DNA from: Thermodesulfobium acidiphilum
GTDB lineage: Bacteria > Thermodesulfobiota > Thermodesulfobiia > Thermodesulfobiales > Thermodesulfobiaceae
Direction: 5' to 3'
Length of the DNA stretch: 64,000 bases
Assembly: GCF_003057965.1 (NCBI RefSeq)
Contig: NZ_CP020921.1
Location: 1,104,916-1,168,915, forward strand
Part shown: positions 51,101 to 60,376 of the stretch, one piece after another
How positions within the stretch are numbered: the first letter of the stretch is position 1
Layout of the letters: every line of letters starts with the position of its first letter
Translations under genes and position numbers: made by a program
The notes under the pieces: generated by a model
Seen by the model: only the letters and a program-made list of their open reading frames with translations
Database searches by the model: none
Told to the model about the DNA's origin: nothing

Positions 51101-51536
51101 ATTCTTCTTCATCATTTACTCTTACTATTAACTGGTTTATCTGACTTAAAGTAAAAAATAGTTTCTCGTATGACCTTTCTTTAGTCCTATCTAAAACTAA
51201 CACCAGACCAGAAGGTTTATTTTCATATTCTATCGTGTAAGCAAATGCTGATACCGGTATAAAAGTGTTTGATTTTGATAAAAGCGAGTAGTTTTTATAT
51301 TCTACAACAAAATTTTGTCCAACTGCGCGTTTTTTTAGGTTCGCCTTTATTTCTTCTTTGACTGTATCTGTCACAAAATCCAATATACTTTTTCCAATAA
51401 TATCATCTGGACTCTCATATTCTAAAATTTTAGCAAAGCGCTTATTTGCAAAAACTATTCTACCCTCTATACCTTGATCTATATAAACACCAAATATAGA
51501 AAAGCGCAATATAGCGTCAAAAAAATCTAAATTCAT
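48120..51536 (-). CDS. PAS/GAF sensor with degenerate GGDEF and intact EAL (c-di-GMP phosphodiesterase)
   Basis: PAS-GAF-PAS-GAF-PAS; GGDEF position reads ESDRF; EAL, EIVE, DDFGTG, KID and AEGVE intact. Confidence 0.92.
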   Translation of the reverse strand: MNLDFFDAILRFSIFGVYIDQGIEGRIVFANKRFAKILEYESPDDIIGKSILDFVTDTVKEEIKANLKKRAVGQNFVVEYKNYSLLSKSNTFIPVSAFAYTIEYENKPSGLVLVLDRTKERSYEKLFFTLSQINQLIVRVNDEEELLKKSCDIIVDEAGFLYSTIGYIDENLLFKQIYTKAKTKELEETVRNLTIGVDEQTPYGKGSVSKAYHTKKVSLIPNAAKQIDTSYWHDFYNAYNIHSTCSIPILKGDKVKYILLINDTLYSFDEDHLHLLEELQLDLSFALEKIESQKNMLVLNQAISISHEWVVITDKDGTILDANKAVSDISGYSKEELIGQNPRIFKSGHHDKTFYEKLWKKILAGESCTCRFVNKAKDGSIFYLNSTIIPVMQNGEVYRFVDLSMDVTKLVEYEDQLELKSRIYNTLYEISNLSLKIKTKEEFLSSLPMLLVENLGMEVSYVVLKSNKNFEVVYFSAKDDRFQGYLDKAKMVGRLFTNNKFLQSDEPLIKSLNSKGIYLLEDICSQDICPFREFVCSYGFNSCIALSISFKEDIIGSLVLIFTESLFNNEIFNLFKVIQQQIEFILNKLEDEKFSKITLSALDAGFEFVAVTDSNFNIVYVNDRALRISGYSKDEIIGKHHSIFSPRTHTKEFLKNFYKILKSGNTYSGLMKYRMKNGLLKDFYVNIMPFFEGLNITHYIAVGKEIEKDDELLRELDRLVNYDGTTGLINLNSFKMELEKLLERAKSENQIFSVAIINPLNFKRINEAYGFEVGDYMLKKIAQRLKDNLKAYDVIAKLESDRFGILVKDLKAEEDILIVVSKILSGIIEPYEMLNKNISVSFNIGLSLFPRDANTSEDLLNKAMIALADAKEKGENQIGFFRQDLEIEATKALRLKLDLDLAVANKEFIAFYQPYVNKDRKIVGAEALMRWNKDGKIIPPIDFIEYLEKTPLIIDAEHQLIENVLDDLQSFKKTIPISINLSSKSLMQRSLREDLFSKLKFHHLQMDLLKIEIVERAFINSFDYISDLIRELKKYGIYFSLDDFGTGFSSLSYLSMLDIETLKIDISFIRDIENYKTRNIINSIIFLAHSLNIKTIAEGVETVEQFDILKSMNCDYFQGYLFYRPMPRDELGEILGNI

Positions 51537-51798
51537 AAATATTACCTCTAAATTAAATTAAAATTTTAATAATACATAGACCAAAAATTCAAAAATATAA
51601 TTCAAAATAATAACATAGTATAATTATCAAAAAATAGCCAATAAATAAAAGTATTTTAAAACATTTAATTAATAAAATCAAATTTTATTTCTTAATTATC
51701 GATAAAAAACAACACTATCTCTAACATAAAGAAAATAGTTATCAGTAAAAAAAATTAGAAAGAAGAAACAAATAAAATAATATAACCGAAAATTAATC

Positions 51799-53994
51799 CT
51801 AAAAATAGTACAACGGATCTACATCTACAATAAATATTTTTTTATTCTTCGGAGAATATCTCTTTAATAATATTTCAAGAAAGTCTTTTCTCACGTCCTT
51901 GTCCTTAAACCTGATCAGAGAATACATCCTATAATTTCCGTGCAGTCTCAAAATTGGACAAAACTTTGGTGCAGTTACTTTTATATCCCTATTTTCAAAC
52001 AAAACGTATACCTCTTTTAAAATTTCTCTAAATTTTTTCGCCTCGTCCTTTACTTCTGTAAGTTTTCCATTCCATCTAAACATCACTTCATAACTAAAAG
52101 GAGGGCAAAACATATCCTTTCTTAATTCCAATTCTTCCAATAAAAAATCCCAATAGCTTATTGTCGTATACTTACGAATAATAGGCACCTGATCTTCGCT
52201 CGCCTGAATTACCACCTTACCTCCCATAGAATATCTCCCTGCTCTGCCTGTTACCTGAACCAGCAATTGATATAGCTTTTCAAACGACCTAAAATCTGGT
52301 ATAGAAGTCAAAGGCTCTAAAAAAGGTATACCCACAAAGTTTATTTTCGGAAAGTTTAAACCCTTTGTAATTATCTGAGTGCCAACTAAGAAATCTATCT
52401 TTCCATCTAAAATATCTTTAAGAACAGCTTTTAGCTTTGAATAGGTATTTACGCTGTCAGAGTCAATTCTTTCCACATTAGCATCTGGAAAGATGTTTTT
52501 TAACTCTTCGGTAATCTTTTGAGATCCAGCGCCGTATTGTTTGAAATTCAAGCCTGAACACTTTTTACAAACTGGGTCTGTGGTAAACTTATAGCCGCAA
52601 TGATGACATACATACACCCTTTTCCCTTTTATAACATGAACGCACATCGGCACATCACAATTTTTACACTTTACTAACTCTCCGCAATCAGCACAACTAA
52701 CAAATGGATAAAATCCTCTTCTTGGCACGAAAATAATAGCTTGCTCTTTTTTTTCTTTTACTTCCTTCAGGGAGTTTATAAATTCTTCGCTAAACGATCC
52801 ATAAAAGTTATTTCTTTTGACGATATTTATTTTTGGCAAGCTAAATTCTCCAAATCTTTTGGACAGATAATAAGAAAAAACTTCTCCATCAAGAATTCTT
52901 TTCCCCAGGTCCACACTCGGAGTAGCGCTCACATACAAAACTGGACAATTGTTATACCTTGCTCTCTCTCTCGCTAAAATTCTCGCATCATATCTTATAA
53001 AGTCGTCCTGTTTATAATTTTCGCTTTGCTCTTCGTCCACTATAATTATTCCTATATCGTTTATAGGTAAAAAGATCAAAGATCTAGGACCGATAAATAT
53101 TTTCTCAGTCAAATTCGTGATGATGTTCAAAAGTTTGTTTCTTTCAGACTTGCCCAGCTGACTGTGCCAGACATATACAAGATTGGGAAATCTCTTTTCC
53201 AGCATATCTACAAAGTGCGTCGCAAGAGTAATCTCTGGCAAAAGAAGCATTGCATTCTTTCCCTTTTTTAGAACTTCCACAATCAGCTTTAAATAAACCT
53301 CAGTCTTGCCACTCCCGGTAGTCCCTACTAAAGAGAGCTCACTGTTTCTATTTAGATACCCTTTGAAATATTTAAAAGCCCTATCTTGCTCATCGTTTAG
53401 AATTGATAAGTTTTCATATTTCTCAATCTCATCAGCCTTTTTATAAAGATCTAAATTAGCCTTGTCATTTCTTATATTAGTTTCACTAACCATATCTACT
53501 AATCTCTCAGATAGGGCATACCTAAAGGTATCTTTATACTTACTTTTTATATATGAAAGGTCGTATTCTCTCCTGTTTAATTGCTCTAATAGATCCTTGA
53601 GATTGTCTGAAAATAGTAAAGAACATTCTAAAACCTCTTGCCCCTTTTTTGATATTTTTACTTTATTTTTCGATAATAACTTCATATTAAAGGAGGGAAA
53701 AAGTTTTAGAGCACTGCTGGGGGTAACAAAATAATATTCACAGATGAATTTATATAGTTTATACAGGTCATCATTGAAAAATTTTTTTTCATAAATTGAG
53801 TTAACGAATTTAAGCTCGGATAAATTTTCCTGTCCTATAAACTCTTTTGAAGATTCAACAATGCCCAAATAGCTTTTCTCGCTCACAGGCACATCTACCA
53901 GAGAACCTGATTCAATATCTCTTTCAGATTTGATATAATAGCTTAGTCTCTTATTTATATTTGGTAATTGAACGTCTAAAATATATTTTTTCAT
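51799..53994 (-). CDS. priA: Primosomal protein N'
   Basis: GTTGSGKTEVY, PEI.L, SATPS, four CxxC pairs and QVTGRAGR; ATG at 53994. Confidence 0.93.
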   Translation of the reverse strand: MKKYILDVQLPNINKRLSYYIKSERDIESGSLVDVPVSEKSYLGIVESSKEFIGQENLSELKFVNSIYEKKFFNDDLYKLYKFICEYYFVTPSSALKLFPSFNMKLLSKNKVKISKKGQEVLECSLLFSDNLKDLLEQLNRREYDLSYIKSKYKDTFRYALSERLVDMVSETNIRNDKANLDLYKKADEIEKYENLSILNDEQDRAFKYFKGYLNRNSELSLVGTTGSGKTEVYLKLIVEVLKKGKNAMLLLPEITLATHFVDMLEKRFPNLVYVWHSQLGKSERNKLLNIITNLTEKIFIGPRSLIFLPINDIGIIIVDEEQSENYKQDDFIRYDARILARERARYNNCPVLYVSATPSVDLGKRILDGEVFSYYLSKRFGEFSLPKINIVKRNNFYGSFSEEFINSLKEVKEKKEQAIIFVPRRGFYPFVSCADCGELVKCKNCDVPMCVHVIKGKRVYVCHHCGYKFTTDPVCKKCSGLNFKQYGAGSQKITEELKNIFPDANVERIDSDSVNTYSKLKAVLKDILDGKIDFLVGTQIITKGLNFPKINFVGIPFLEPLTSIPDFRSFEKLYQLLVQVTGRAGRYSMGGKVVIQASEDQVPIIRKYTTISYWDFLLEELELRKDMFCPPFSYEVMFRWNGKLTEVKDEAKKFREILKEVYVLFENRDIKVTAPKFCPILRLHGNYRMYSLIRFKDKDVRKDFLEILLKRYSPKNKKIFIVDVDPLYYF

Positions 53995-54027
53995 AAAAAC
54001 CCTCAATTCTTTTAAAGGAGTCTAAAT

Positions 54028-54792
54028 TTGATTATAACTACCTTTAATGTAAATTCTATAAGAAGCAGGACTGACATTGTAAACCTGCTTATAGAAAAAC
54101 ATAACCCAGAAATAATAGCCCTCCAGGAAATAAAATGTACTCTAGATCTTTTCCCAAACCTTGCTTTTCCAGATTATAAGTGTCTGGTATCCGGAGAGAA
54201 ATCATATAACGGTGTAGCAATTTGCACAAAACTTGATTCTAGCCGCTTTGAAAACGAATTTCAAGATACTGTAAATCAGAAAAGATCCATATTTGCAAAA
54301 TTTGAAAACTTTACCCTTATGAATATATACTTTCCTCACGGCGATCTTAGGGGTACAGACAAGTTCTATTATAAATTAGATTTTTATAAAAAATTACTTG
54401 TTTTTCTCAAAGAAAATTTTACCCCGAACGATCCTATAATTATGCTCGGAGACTTTAACGTAGCTTTGACAGATTTTGACGTATATGACCCAGAAATCCT
54501 AAAAGACACCATCGGCACAATGCCAGAAGAAAGAGAAGCTTTAAAGGAGCTCCTTAATTATGGTTTTATAGATACATACAGACATTTACACCCAAACGAT
54601 CCAGGTTTCACATGGTTTAGCTATATTGGAGGTGATATATGGAAAAACAACGGAATGAGAATAGATTACATTCTGGTAACCAAACCTCTTATAAATAAAG
54701 TAAAGAAAGTTGAAGTTGACATATCTCTTAGAAGAAGAAGAATTCCAAAGCCATCTGATCACGCCCCCCTTGTTATGGAAATTGATCTCTAA
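54028..54792 (+). CDS. xth: Exodeoxyribonuclease III
   Basis: FNVNSIR, LQEIK, YNGVA, GDFNV, RIDY and SDHAP motifs. Confidence 0.95.
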   Translation: MIITTFNVNSIRSRTDIVNLLIEKHNPEIIALQEIKCTLDLFPNLAFPDYKCLVSGEKSYNGVAICTKLDSSRFENEFQDTVNQKRSIFAKFENFTLMNIYFPHGDLRGTDKFYYKLDFYKKLLVFLKENFTPNDPIIMLGDFNVALTDFDVYDPEILKDTIGTMPEEREALKELLNYGFIDTYRHLHPNDPGFTWFSYIGGDIWKNNGMRIDYILVTKPLINKVKKVEVDISLRRRRIPKPSDHAPLVMEIDL

Positions 54793-55580
54793 AGAGATCT
54801 TCCCTTTAAAAGTCTAAAGATCCTCCAGTACATTTCAGGATCTATCTGTCCAGGTCTCATTGAAAGCAAATTTTCGTTCATTTCTGAAAAAATTCTAATA
54901 TACTCTTCAGTTAATACATTCTTTATAATTTTTCTTGGTTGAGAAAAAACTTTTCTTAAGAAATCTTCAAAATCTTTACAGTGCAGCTTCTTTTCATAAA
55001 AATCACTTTTTGGGACTAATCTTATTACAATAGACCTTACCTTCGGTTTTGGATAAAAACAGTTCTCTTTAACTTCAAAAAGTATATCCCCCTCGAAAAA
55101 ATTTTGAATGAGAACGCTTAATCTACCATATCCTTTAGCTCCTGGCAAAGCAAAAAGTCTTTGAGACATTTCTTTTTGGATCATTATGGTCATACTCTTC
55201 AGTGATATATCCTCTTTTATCAGTTTTACAATTATTAAAGATGCAATATTGTAAGGCAAGTTTGCAATAACGTTTACTTTTTTTTCTATAAATCTTAGTT
55301 CGGTTTCAAGAACGTCAGACAACATAATTTTTTTTCCATATAAAGAGAGATATTTTGCGAATTCTTTGCATAAAAAGGCATACAAACCTCTATCAACTTC
55401 TATCCCCAAATAATTATTCGGTAATTTTATAAGATACTTCGTCAGCGCTCCTTTTCCAGGTCCAATTTCTAGTATAAAGTCTTCTTTTTCAATAAATGCT
55501 GATTCAACTATCTTTTTTGAAATATTTTGATCCACCAAGAAATTTTGGCCGTATCTTTTTAATGGTGCAAGATTTCTCAT
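54789..55580 (-). CDS. rsmA: 16S rRNA m6,2A dimethyltransferase
   Basis: KRYGQNFL, EIGPGKG, ANLPYNI and YGRLSV motifs. Confidence 0.95.
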   Translation of the reverse strand: MRNLAPLKRYGQNFLVDQNISKKIVESAFIEKEDFILEIGPGKGALTKYLIKLPNNYLGIEVDRGLYAFLCKEFAKYLSLYGKKIMLSDVLETELRFIEKKVNVIANLPYNIASLIIVKLIKEDISLKSMTIMIQKEMSQRLFALPGAKGYGRLSVLIQNFFEGDILFEVKENCFYPKPKVRSIVIRLVPKSDFYEKKLHCKDFEDFLRKVFSQPRKIIKNVLTEEYIRIFSEMNENLLSMRPGQIDPEMYWRIFRLLKGRSL

Positions 55581-55595
55581 TACTTAAGTAATATC

Positions 55596-56627
55596 TTAAA
55601 AACTATTAGTGGTAAAACGAATGAAGTTTTCATAAAAATCAAATATTAACTCTAACCCTCCTTCATCTACTCTTTTAGGATCTTTTGCAACAGAGTATCC
55701 AACCCCGTGAGCCAGAGTACATCTTAAAAAGGGCAATCCTATGTTTATCTCAATTATTCTTGGAAAGGATAAAGATTTCATAATTGACAAAAATTGATCG
55801 TGATAAAGAGATATTACAGCCCTTATATCCAGAGCTTTTAAATTAAAATATGCCGAATCGGGTGAAAGAGGACCAAAAAGTTCAACATAAGAATAATTTG
55901 ATCTCGCGTACTCGATAAATGGCTTTATGATAAGCTCTTCTTCACTCCCAATACTGCCACCCTCACCTGCATGAGGATTTAGACCCAATATAGCAATCTT
56001 TAAAGGTTTTATACCAAAAATATTTGCAAGATATATTATAGATTCGAGAGATAAGTTGAGCTTTTCAAAAGTAATCTGGTCTGACACATCTTTAATTGGT
56101 ATATGATGAGAAAGAAGATTTAGAAGATAAAATCCATCGAAGAAGTTCATGCTAATATCTTTGCAATATCTTTCTTCAAGAAAGGTAGTATGCCCTAAAA
56201 ATTTTTTGCCTATAGATTTTGATATTAAATATTTATTTATTGGCAAAGTCAAATAAAATTTTGAATTTCTTTCTTCTACAAATTTCAAAGACTCTATAAA
56301 GCACTCATAAGAAAATTTTCCTACTTTATAATCTGGCTTGCCAAGAACCTCTAAACCAAAATTACAATTAATATCTACAATTCCATAACCTTTAGAACTA
56401 TCAAAAGTAGGAATATCCAAGTCACAATCCATAAAATCACATAAATCATCAAAAAAGGCTTTGTTAGTAAAGAGTATAATTTTTTTATCCTTATTTTTCG
56501 TTAAATATTTAACCAAAGAAATTAAGCCAATTCCAGAAAGATCTCCACACGATACAACAGGTATAGAGACAACATCACAAGAATTAAAAGATTTTTCAAG
56601 GTTACCCTTATCATAAAAGTTACTCAT
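55596..56627 (-). CDS. pdxA: 4-hydroxythreonine-4-phosphate dehydrogenase family protein (divergent)
   Basis: GD..GIG, PINK, GHT, GLNPHAGE and YHDQ metal ligands; pdxA-rsmA linkage. Confidence 0.82.
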   Translation of the reverse strand: MSNFYDKGNLEKSFNSCDVVSIPVVSCGDLSGIGLISLVKYLTKNKDKKIILFTNKAFFDDLCDFMDCDLDIPTFDSSKGYGIVDINCNFGLEVLGKPDYKVGKFSYECFIESLKFVEERNSKFYLTLPINKYLISKSIGKKFLGHTTFLEERYCKDISMNFFDGFYLLNLLSHHIPIKDVSDQITFEKLNLSLESIIYLANIFGIKPLKIAILGLNPHAGEGGSIGSEEELIIKPFIEYARSNYSYVELFGPLSPDSAYFNLKALDIRAVISLYHDQFLSIMKSLSFPRIIEINIGLPFLRCTLAHGVGYSVAKDPKRVDEGGLELIFDFYENFIRFTTNSF

Positions 56628-56660
56628 AAATAATCCTGCCTTTGAAAACTTTCTATTTTT

Positions 56661-57140
56661 TCAATCTTTAATTTTGAACCTTACATCAATTTTAAAAATT
56701 CTTTTAGCAGGAAGCTCTATTAAACTTATTACCCCATCTTCTTTCCGTAGTTCTTCGATAAAAGCGTCAATTTCTTCTTTGGATGGCATTATCAAGGTAA
56801 ACCAAAGATTGTATTCATGATCTCTAAGGTAGTTATGAGAAACGCCATGACATTTATTAATCCTTTCTACTATTTTATCAATGTGATTCTTGTCTACCTT
56901 CAATCCTATTAGAGTTCCTTTAAAACCCAATTTTCTCGGATCAAATACGCCACCTATCAACCTAATTATACCTTCTGACTTTAGCTTCTTAAGTAGCTCT
57001 ATTGTCTTTTCACCACTTAATCCCAATTGAGCTCCCAGCTCATCAAAAGGTCTTTCTACAATAGGAAAGTTGTGTTGGATCTTTTCTAAAAGAGCCTCTT
57101 CTAGTTCAGTTAGTTTTATTTTTTTCTCATTAGACACCAA
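56661..57140 (-). CDS. ahbA: Siroheme decarboxylase subunit (AhbA/NirD-like, Lrp/AsnC fold)
   Basis: FPIVERPF and SHNYLR..EYNLWFTL motifs; heme-biosynthesis context. Confidence 0.82.
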   Translation of the reverse strand: MVSNEKKIKLTELEEALLEKIQHNFPIVERPFDELGAQLGLSGEKTIELLKKLKSEGIIRLIGGVFDPRKLGFKGTLIGLKVDKNHIDKIVERINKCHGVSHNYLRDHEYNLWFTLIMPSKEEIDAFIEELRKEDGVISLIELPAKRIFKIDVRFKIKD

Positions 57141-58123
57141 GGTTCTTCTCCTAAATAGTCTTTGTTGTAAAAGAGCGCTCTTGCCCTACAACCACCACAA
57201 ATTTCTTTATATACACATTTTCCACAAGATCCTTTAAGATTACCTTCTCTTAACTCTTTAAATAAAGGAGCATCTCTCCAAATATTAGAAAACCTTTCCA
57301 ACTTTACGTTTCCTACCTTTATAGGCATATATGGACAGGGCCACACGTCGCCTTCAGGGGTAATTGAACAATATCCTGTGCCAGCAAGACAACCTTTTGT
57401 AAATCTGGTCTCAATTCCCAGAGTTTTTGCAATTCTCATGTATTGTGGAGCACAAGTAGGTTTTAATTCTATATTTACACTCTTAGACTTCAAAAGTACC
57501 TTTTTCAAAAGATCTTCGTAGTCCTGAGCATTTAAGCTTTCTATTTCAATATCTACCGCCCTTCCAGTAGGCACTAAAAAAAATATATGATGAGCATCAG
57601 CGCCAATTTCAACAGCAAAGTCTGTAATATCTAAAATTTCATTAATGTTTCTTTTAGTTACAGTAGTGTTTATTTGAAATGAGAGATTAATTTCTTTGAG
57701 CATTTTCATAGCATTTACGGCCCTAGACCATGCTCCTTCTACTCCTCTAAATCTATCGTGTTCTGACTGATTCAGACTATCCAAACTAATGCTGATTCTT
57801 GAAGCGCCTGCTTTTTTTAGCTTTAAAGCTACATCTTTATCAATAAGAGTTCCATTAGTCCCAAAAACAGGCCTTAGCCCAATGCTACTTGCATATTCAG
57901 TCAATTCGAATATATCTTCCCTTAAAAGAGGTTCTCCACCACTAAACACAATAATCTTAAATCCTGCCCTTTTTATCTCATCAAGCAGCAACTTTCCTTG
58001 TGTAGTAGTAAGCTCGTTATATTTTTTATCACCTGCATCCCTATAACAATGAACACATTTTAAGTTACATTCTTGTGTAGTATTCCAGGAACACAAAATA
58101 GGTTGATTGTTATCAGGCTTCAA
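57116..58123 (-). CDS. ahbD: Radical SAM/SPASM Fe-coproporphyrin decarboxylase (AhbD/NirJ2-like)
   Basis: CNLKCVHC, HIFFLVPTGR, KPTCAPQ and C-terminal SPASM cysteines; context. Confidence 0.8.
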   Translation of the reverse strand: MKPDNNQPILCSWNTTQECNLKCVHCYRDAGDKKYNELTTTQGKLLLDEIKRAGFKIIVFSGGEPLLREDIFELTEYASSIGLRPVFGTNGTLIDKDVALKLKKAGASRISISLDSLNQSEHDRFRGVEGAWSRAVNAMKMLKEINLSFQINTTVTKRNINEILDITDFAVEIGADAHHIFFLVPTGRAVDIEIESLNAQDYEDLLKKVLLKSKSVNIELKPTCAPQYMRIAKTLGIETRFTKGCLAGTGYCSITPEGDVWPCPYMPIKVGNVKLERFSNIWRDAPLFKELREGNLKGSCGKCVYKEICGGCRARALFYNKDYLGEEPWCLMRKK

Positions 58124-58158
58124 TTTATGGCTCCCTTCTTAAAAAGCGATGAATTAAA

Positions 58159-59139
58159 TCACTTGCCATTTTGGGCTAGCCACTTTGCATAATCCAAAGA
58201 GTGATAAGAAATAATAATATCAGCTCCAGCCCTTAAAAAGGCATAGAAAATTTCTGAAACAGTACTCATTTCATCTAACCAGCCATTTATGCTTGCAGCT
58301 TTGACCATAGAATACTCACCACTAACGTTGTACACTGCAACCGGTAAAAGAACACTGTCCTTAACAACTTTTAAGACGTCAAGATAAGCAAGTCCTGGCT
58401 TTACCATCAAGATATCAGCATATTCTTCTACATCTATAAGTGCTTCTTTTACAGCTTCATTATAACCAAAAAAGGGACTCATTTGATGAGTCTTTCTATT
58501 GCCAAATTTTGGTGCAGACTCCGCAGCATCTCTAAATGGCCCGTAAAAACATGAAGAATATTTAACAGAGTAGCTCATTATAATCGTATTATAAAACCCC
58601 TTAGTATCCAGCGCATTTCTAATGGATAAAACCATCCCATCCATCATTCCGGAAGGAGCAATTATATCAGCACCACTTTCAGCATAAGAGATCGCAATAT
58701 TATTAAGAACTTTTAAGGTTTCATCGTTTAAGATCTCGCCGTCTCTTACAATACCGCAGTGCCCATGATCGGTATATTCGCACAAGCATGTATCCGCAGC
58801 CACCACCATCTTAGGAAATTCCTTTTTCACCATTCGGATGGCTTTTTGCACTTCTCCCTCTCTGTTAGATGCCCAGCTTCCAATAGAATCTTTTACTTCA
58901 GAAATCCCAAAAAATATTATAGATTTTATGCCGTAATTCACTGCCTTTTCTACGAAATTTAAGACCCTGTCAACAGTATATCTATATACACCAGGCATAC
59001 TAACTATCTCTTCAATCCTGTTAGACCCTGGCATCACAAATATTGGAAGCATAAGCTTTTTTACTTCTACCAACGAATTATTCAACATCTCTCTTATGCC
59101 GTCTTGTCTTATTCGTCTTGCCCTATACATAGGAAACAT
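58159..59139 (-). CDS. hemB: Porphobilinogen synthase (Zn-type)
   Basis: CLCEYTDHGHC, SGMMDG, FYGPFRDAA, MVKP and YNVSGEY motifs. Confidence 0.96.
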   Translation of the reverse strand: MFPMYRARRIRQDGIREMLNNSLVEVKKLMLPIFVMPGSNRIEEIVSMPGVYRYTVDRVLNFVEKAVNYGIKSIIFFGISEVKDSIGSWASNREGEVQKAIRMVKKEFPKMVVAADTCLCEYTDHGHCGIVRDGEILNDETLKVLNNIAISYAESGADIIAPSGMMDGMVLSIRNALDTKGFYNTIIMSYSVKYSSCFYGPFRDAAESAPKFGNRKTHQMSPFFGYNEAVKEALIDVEEYADILMVKPGLAYLDVLKVVKDSVLLPVAVYNVSGEYSMVKAASINGWLDEMSTVSEIFYAFLRAGADIIISYHSLDYAKWLAQNGK

Positions 59140-59172
59140 AAAAATTCCCCTTTCAAACAAGAAAATTAAAAA

Positions 59173-60345
59173 TCAAAACTCTAATTTATCTATATAACAG
59201 GCAGGATCTTCTTGCATAATATCGCCATGAACCACCTCAGCTCTAATTCTGCAACCACCACAAAGATAATTGTATTTGCATTCTCCACATATGCCTTTCA
59301 AATACTTTTCTTTGTTCCTAAGCTTTTTTAAAAGAGGTTCATTTTCATCTGTCCAGATCTGAGAAAACGGTCTCTCTCTTACGTTCCCAAGATTATAATG
59401 AAGCCAGAATTGGCATGGATGAACATTACCTTCATTATCAATATTTGCAAATTTTGTACCAGCTGAGCAACCACCGTGCATTTTTAATAGCTCTTTTATT
59501 TCATCAGCTTTGTCCGGATTATTCGATGTAAGATATAGATAAAGTGCGATACCATCTGCATGGTTATCAGTAGTAAGTATTTCCAAATCTATACCCTTTT
59601 TGTCAAATTCAATAGTCTTTTTAACAAGTATATTAAAAAGTTCTACATTTTGTTCTTTGGTCAAGTCGAGATCAAGCATATCCTTGCCTCTTCCAGAATA
59701 AACCAAATGGTACATACAAAATCTTGGAATGTTATTTTCAGCTACAAAATCGAGAACAGCGGGTAAATCTTTAAAATTCATTTTATTTACAGTAAACCTA
59801 ACACCTGACTTAAGCCCAATTTTTAAACAATTTTTTATACCTTCAACAGATTTCCTAAAAGCACCCTCAACACCCCTAAACTCATCGTGAATCTTTTCTA
59901 AACCATCTAAGCTGATACCAACATATTGAAAGTGACCATCTTTAAGTTTCTTAGCTATATCTTCTGTTATGAGAGTTCCATTAGAAGAAAGAACTGGTCT
60001 AATATTTTTTGAAAAAGCATAATCAGCCAATTCAAAAATATCTTCTCTTAATAGAGGTTCTCCACCAGAAAATAAAAGTACAGGAGTACCTAGAACTGAT
60101 AGATCGTCTATTAAAGCCTTTGCCTCCTCTGTGGAAAGCTCATTTGAAACCTTTTCTCCTGCATTTATATAACAGTGTTTGCACTTCAAATTGCAAGCTT
60201 TTGTTACATTCCATACTACAAGGGGCCTATTTTCTGTAGTAAATTGAAGAAGCTTTGGATCCTTTGTAGAAACCTTTTTATCTCTTTCTTTTATTACATC
60301 AGAAACAGTAGCTTTTCCACAAAGAAGCTTGGTAAAGCCTATCAT
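59173..60345 (-). CDS. ahbC: Radical SAM/SPASM 12,18-didecarboxysiroheme deacetylase (AhbC/NirJ1-like)
   Basis: MIGFTKL N-terminus, VVWN...CNLKCKHC, YHLVYSGRG, DNHADG, HPCQF and DPACY. Confidence 0.85.
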   Translation of the reverse strand: MIGFTKLLCGKATVSDVIKERDKKVSTKDPKLLQFTTENRPLVVWNVTKACNLKCKHCYINAGEKVSNELSTEEAKALIDDLSVLGTPVLLFSGGEPLLREDIFELADYAFSKNIRPVLSSNGTLITEDIAKKLKDGHFQYVGISLDGLEKIHDEFRGVEGAFRKSVEGIKNCLKIGLKSGVRFTVNKMNFKDLPAVLDFVAENNIPRFCMYHLVYSGRGKDMLDLDLTKEQNVELFNILVKKTIEFDKKGIDLEILTTDNHADGIALYLYLTSNNPDKADEIKELLKMHGGCSAGTKFANIDNEGNVHPCQFWLHYNLGNVRERPFSQIWTDENEPLLKKLRNKEKYLKGICGECKYNYLCGGCRIRAEVVHGDIMQEDPACYIDKLEF

Positions 60346-60376
60346 AGCTTTTCTCCTTTCAAGTTTGAGAAAAAAA

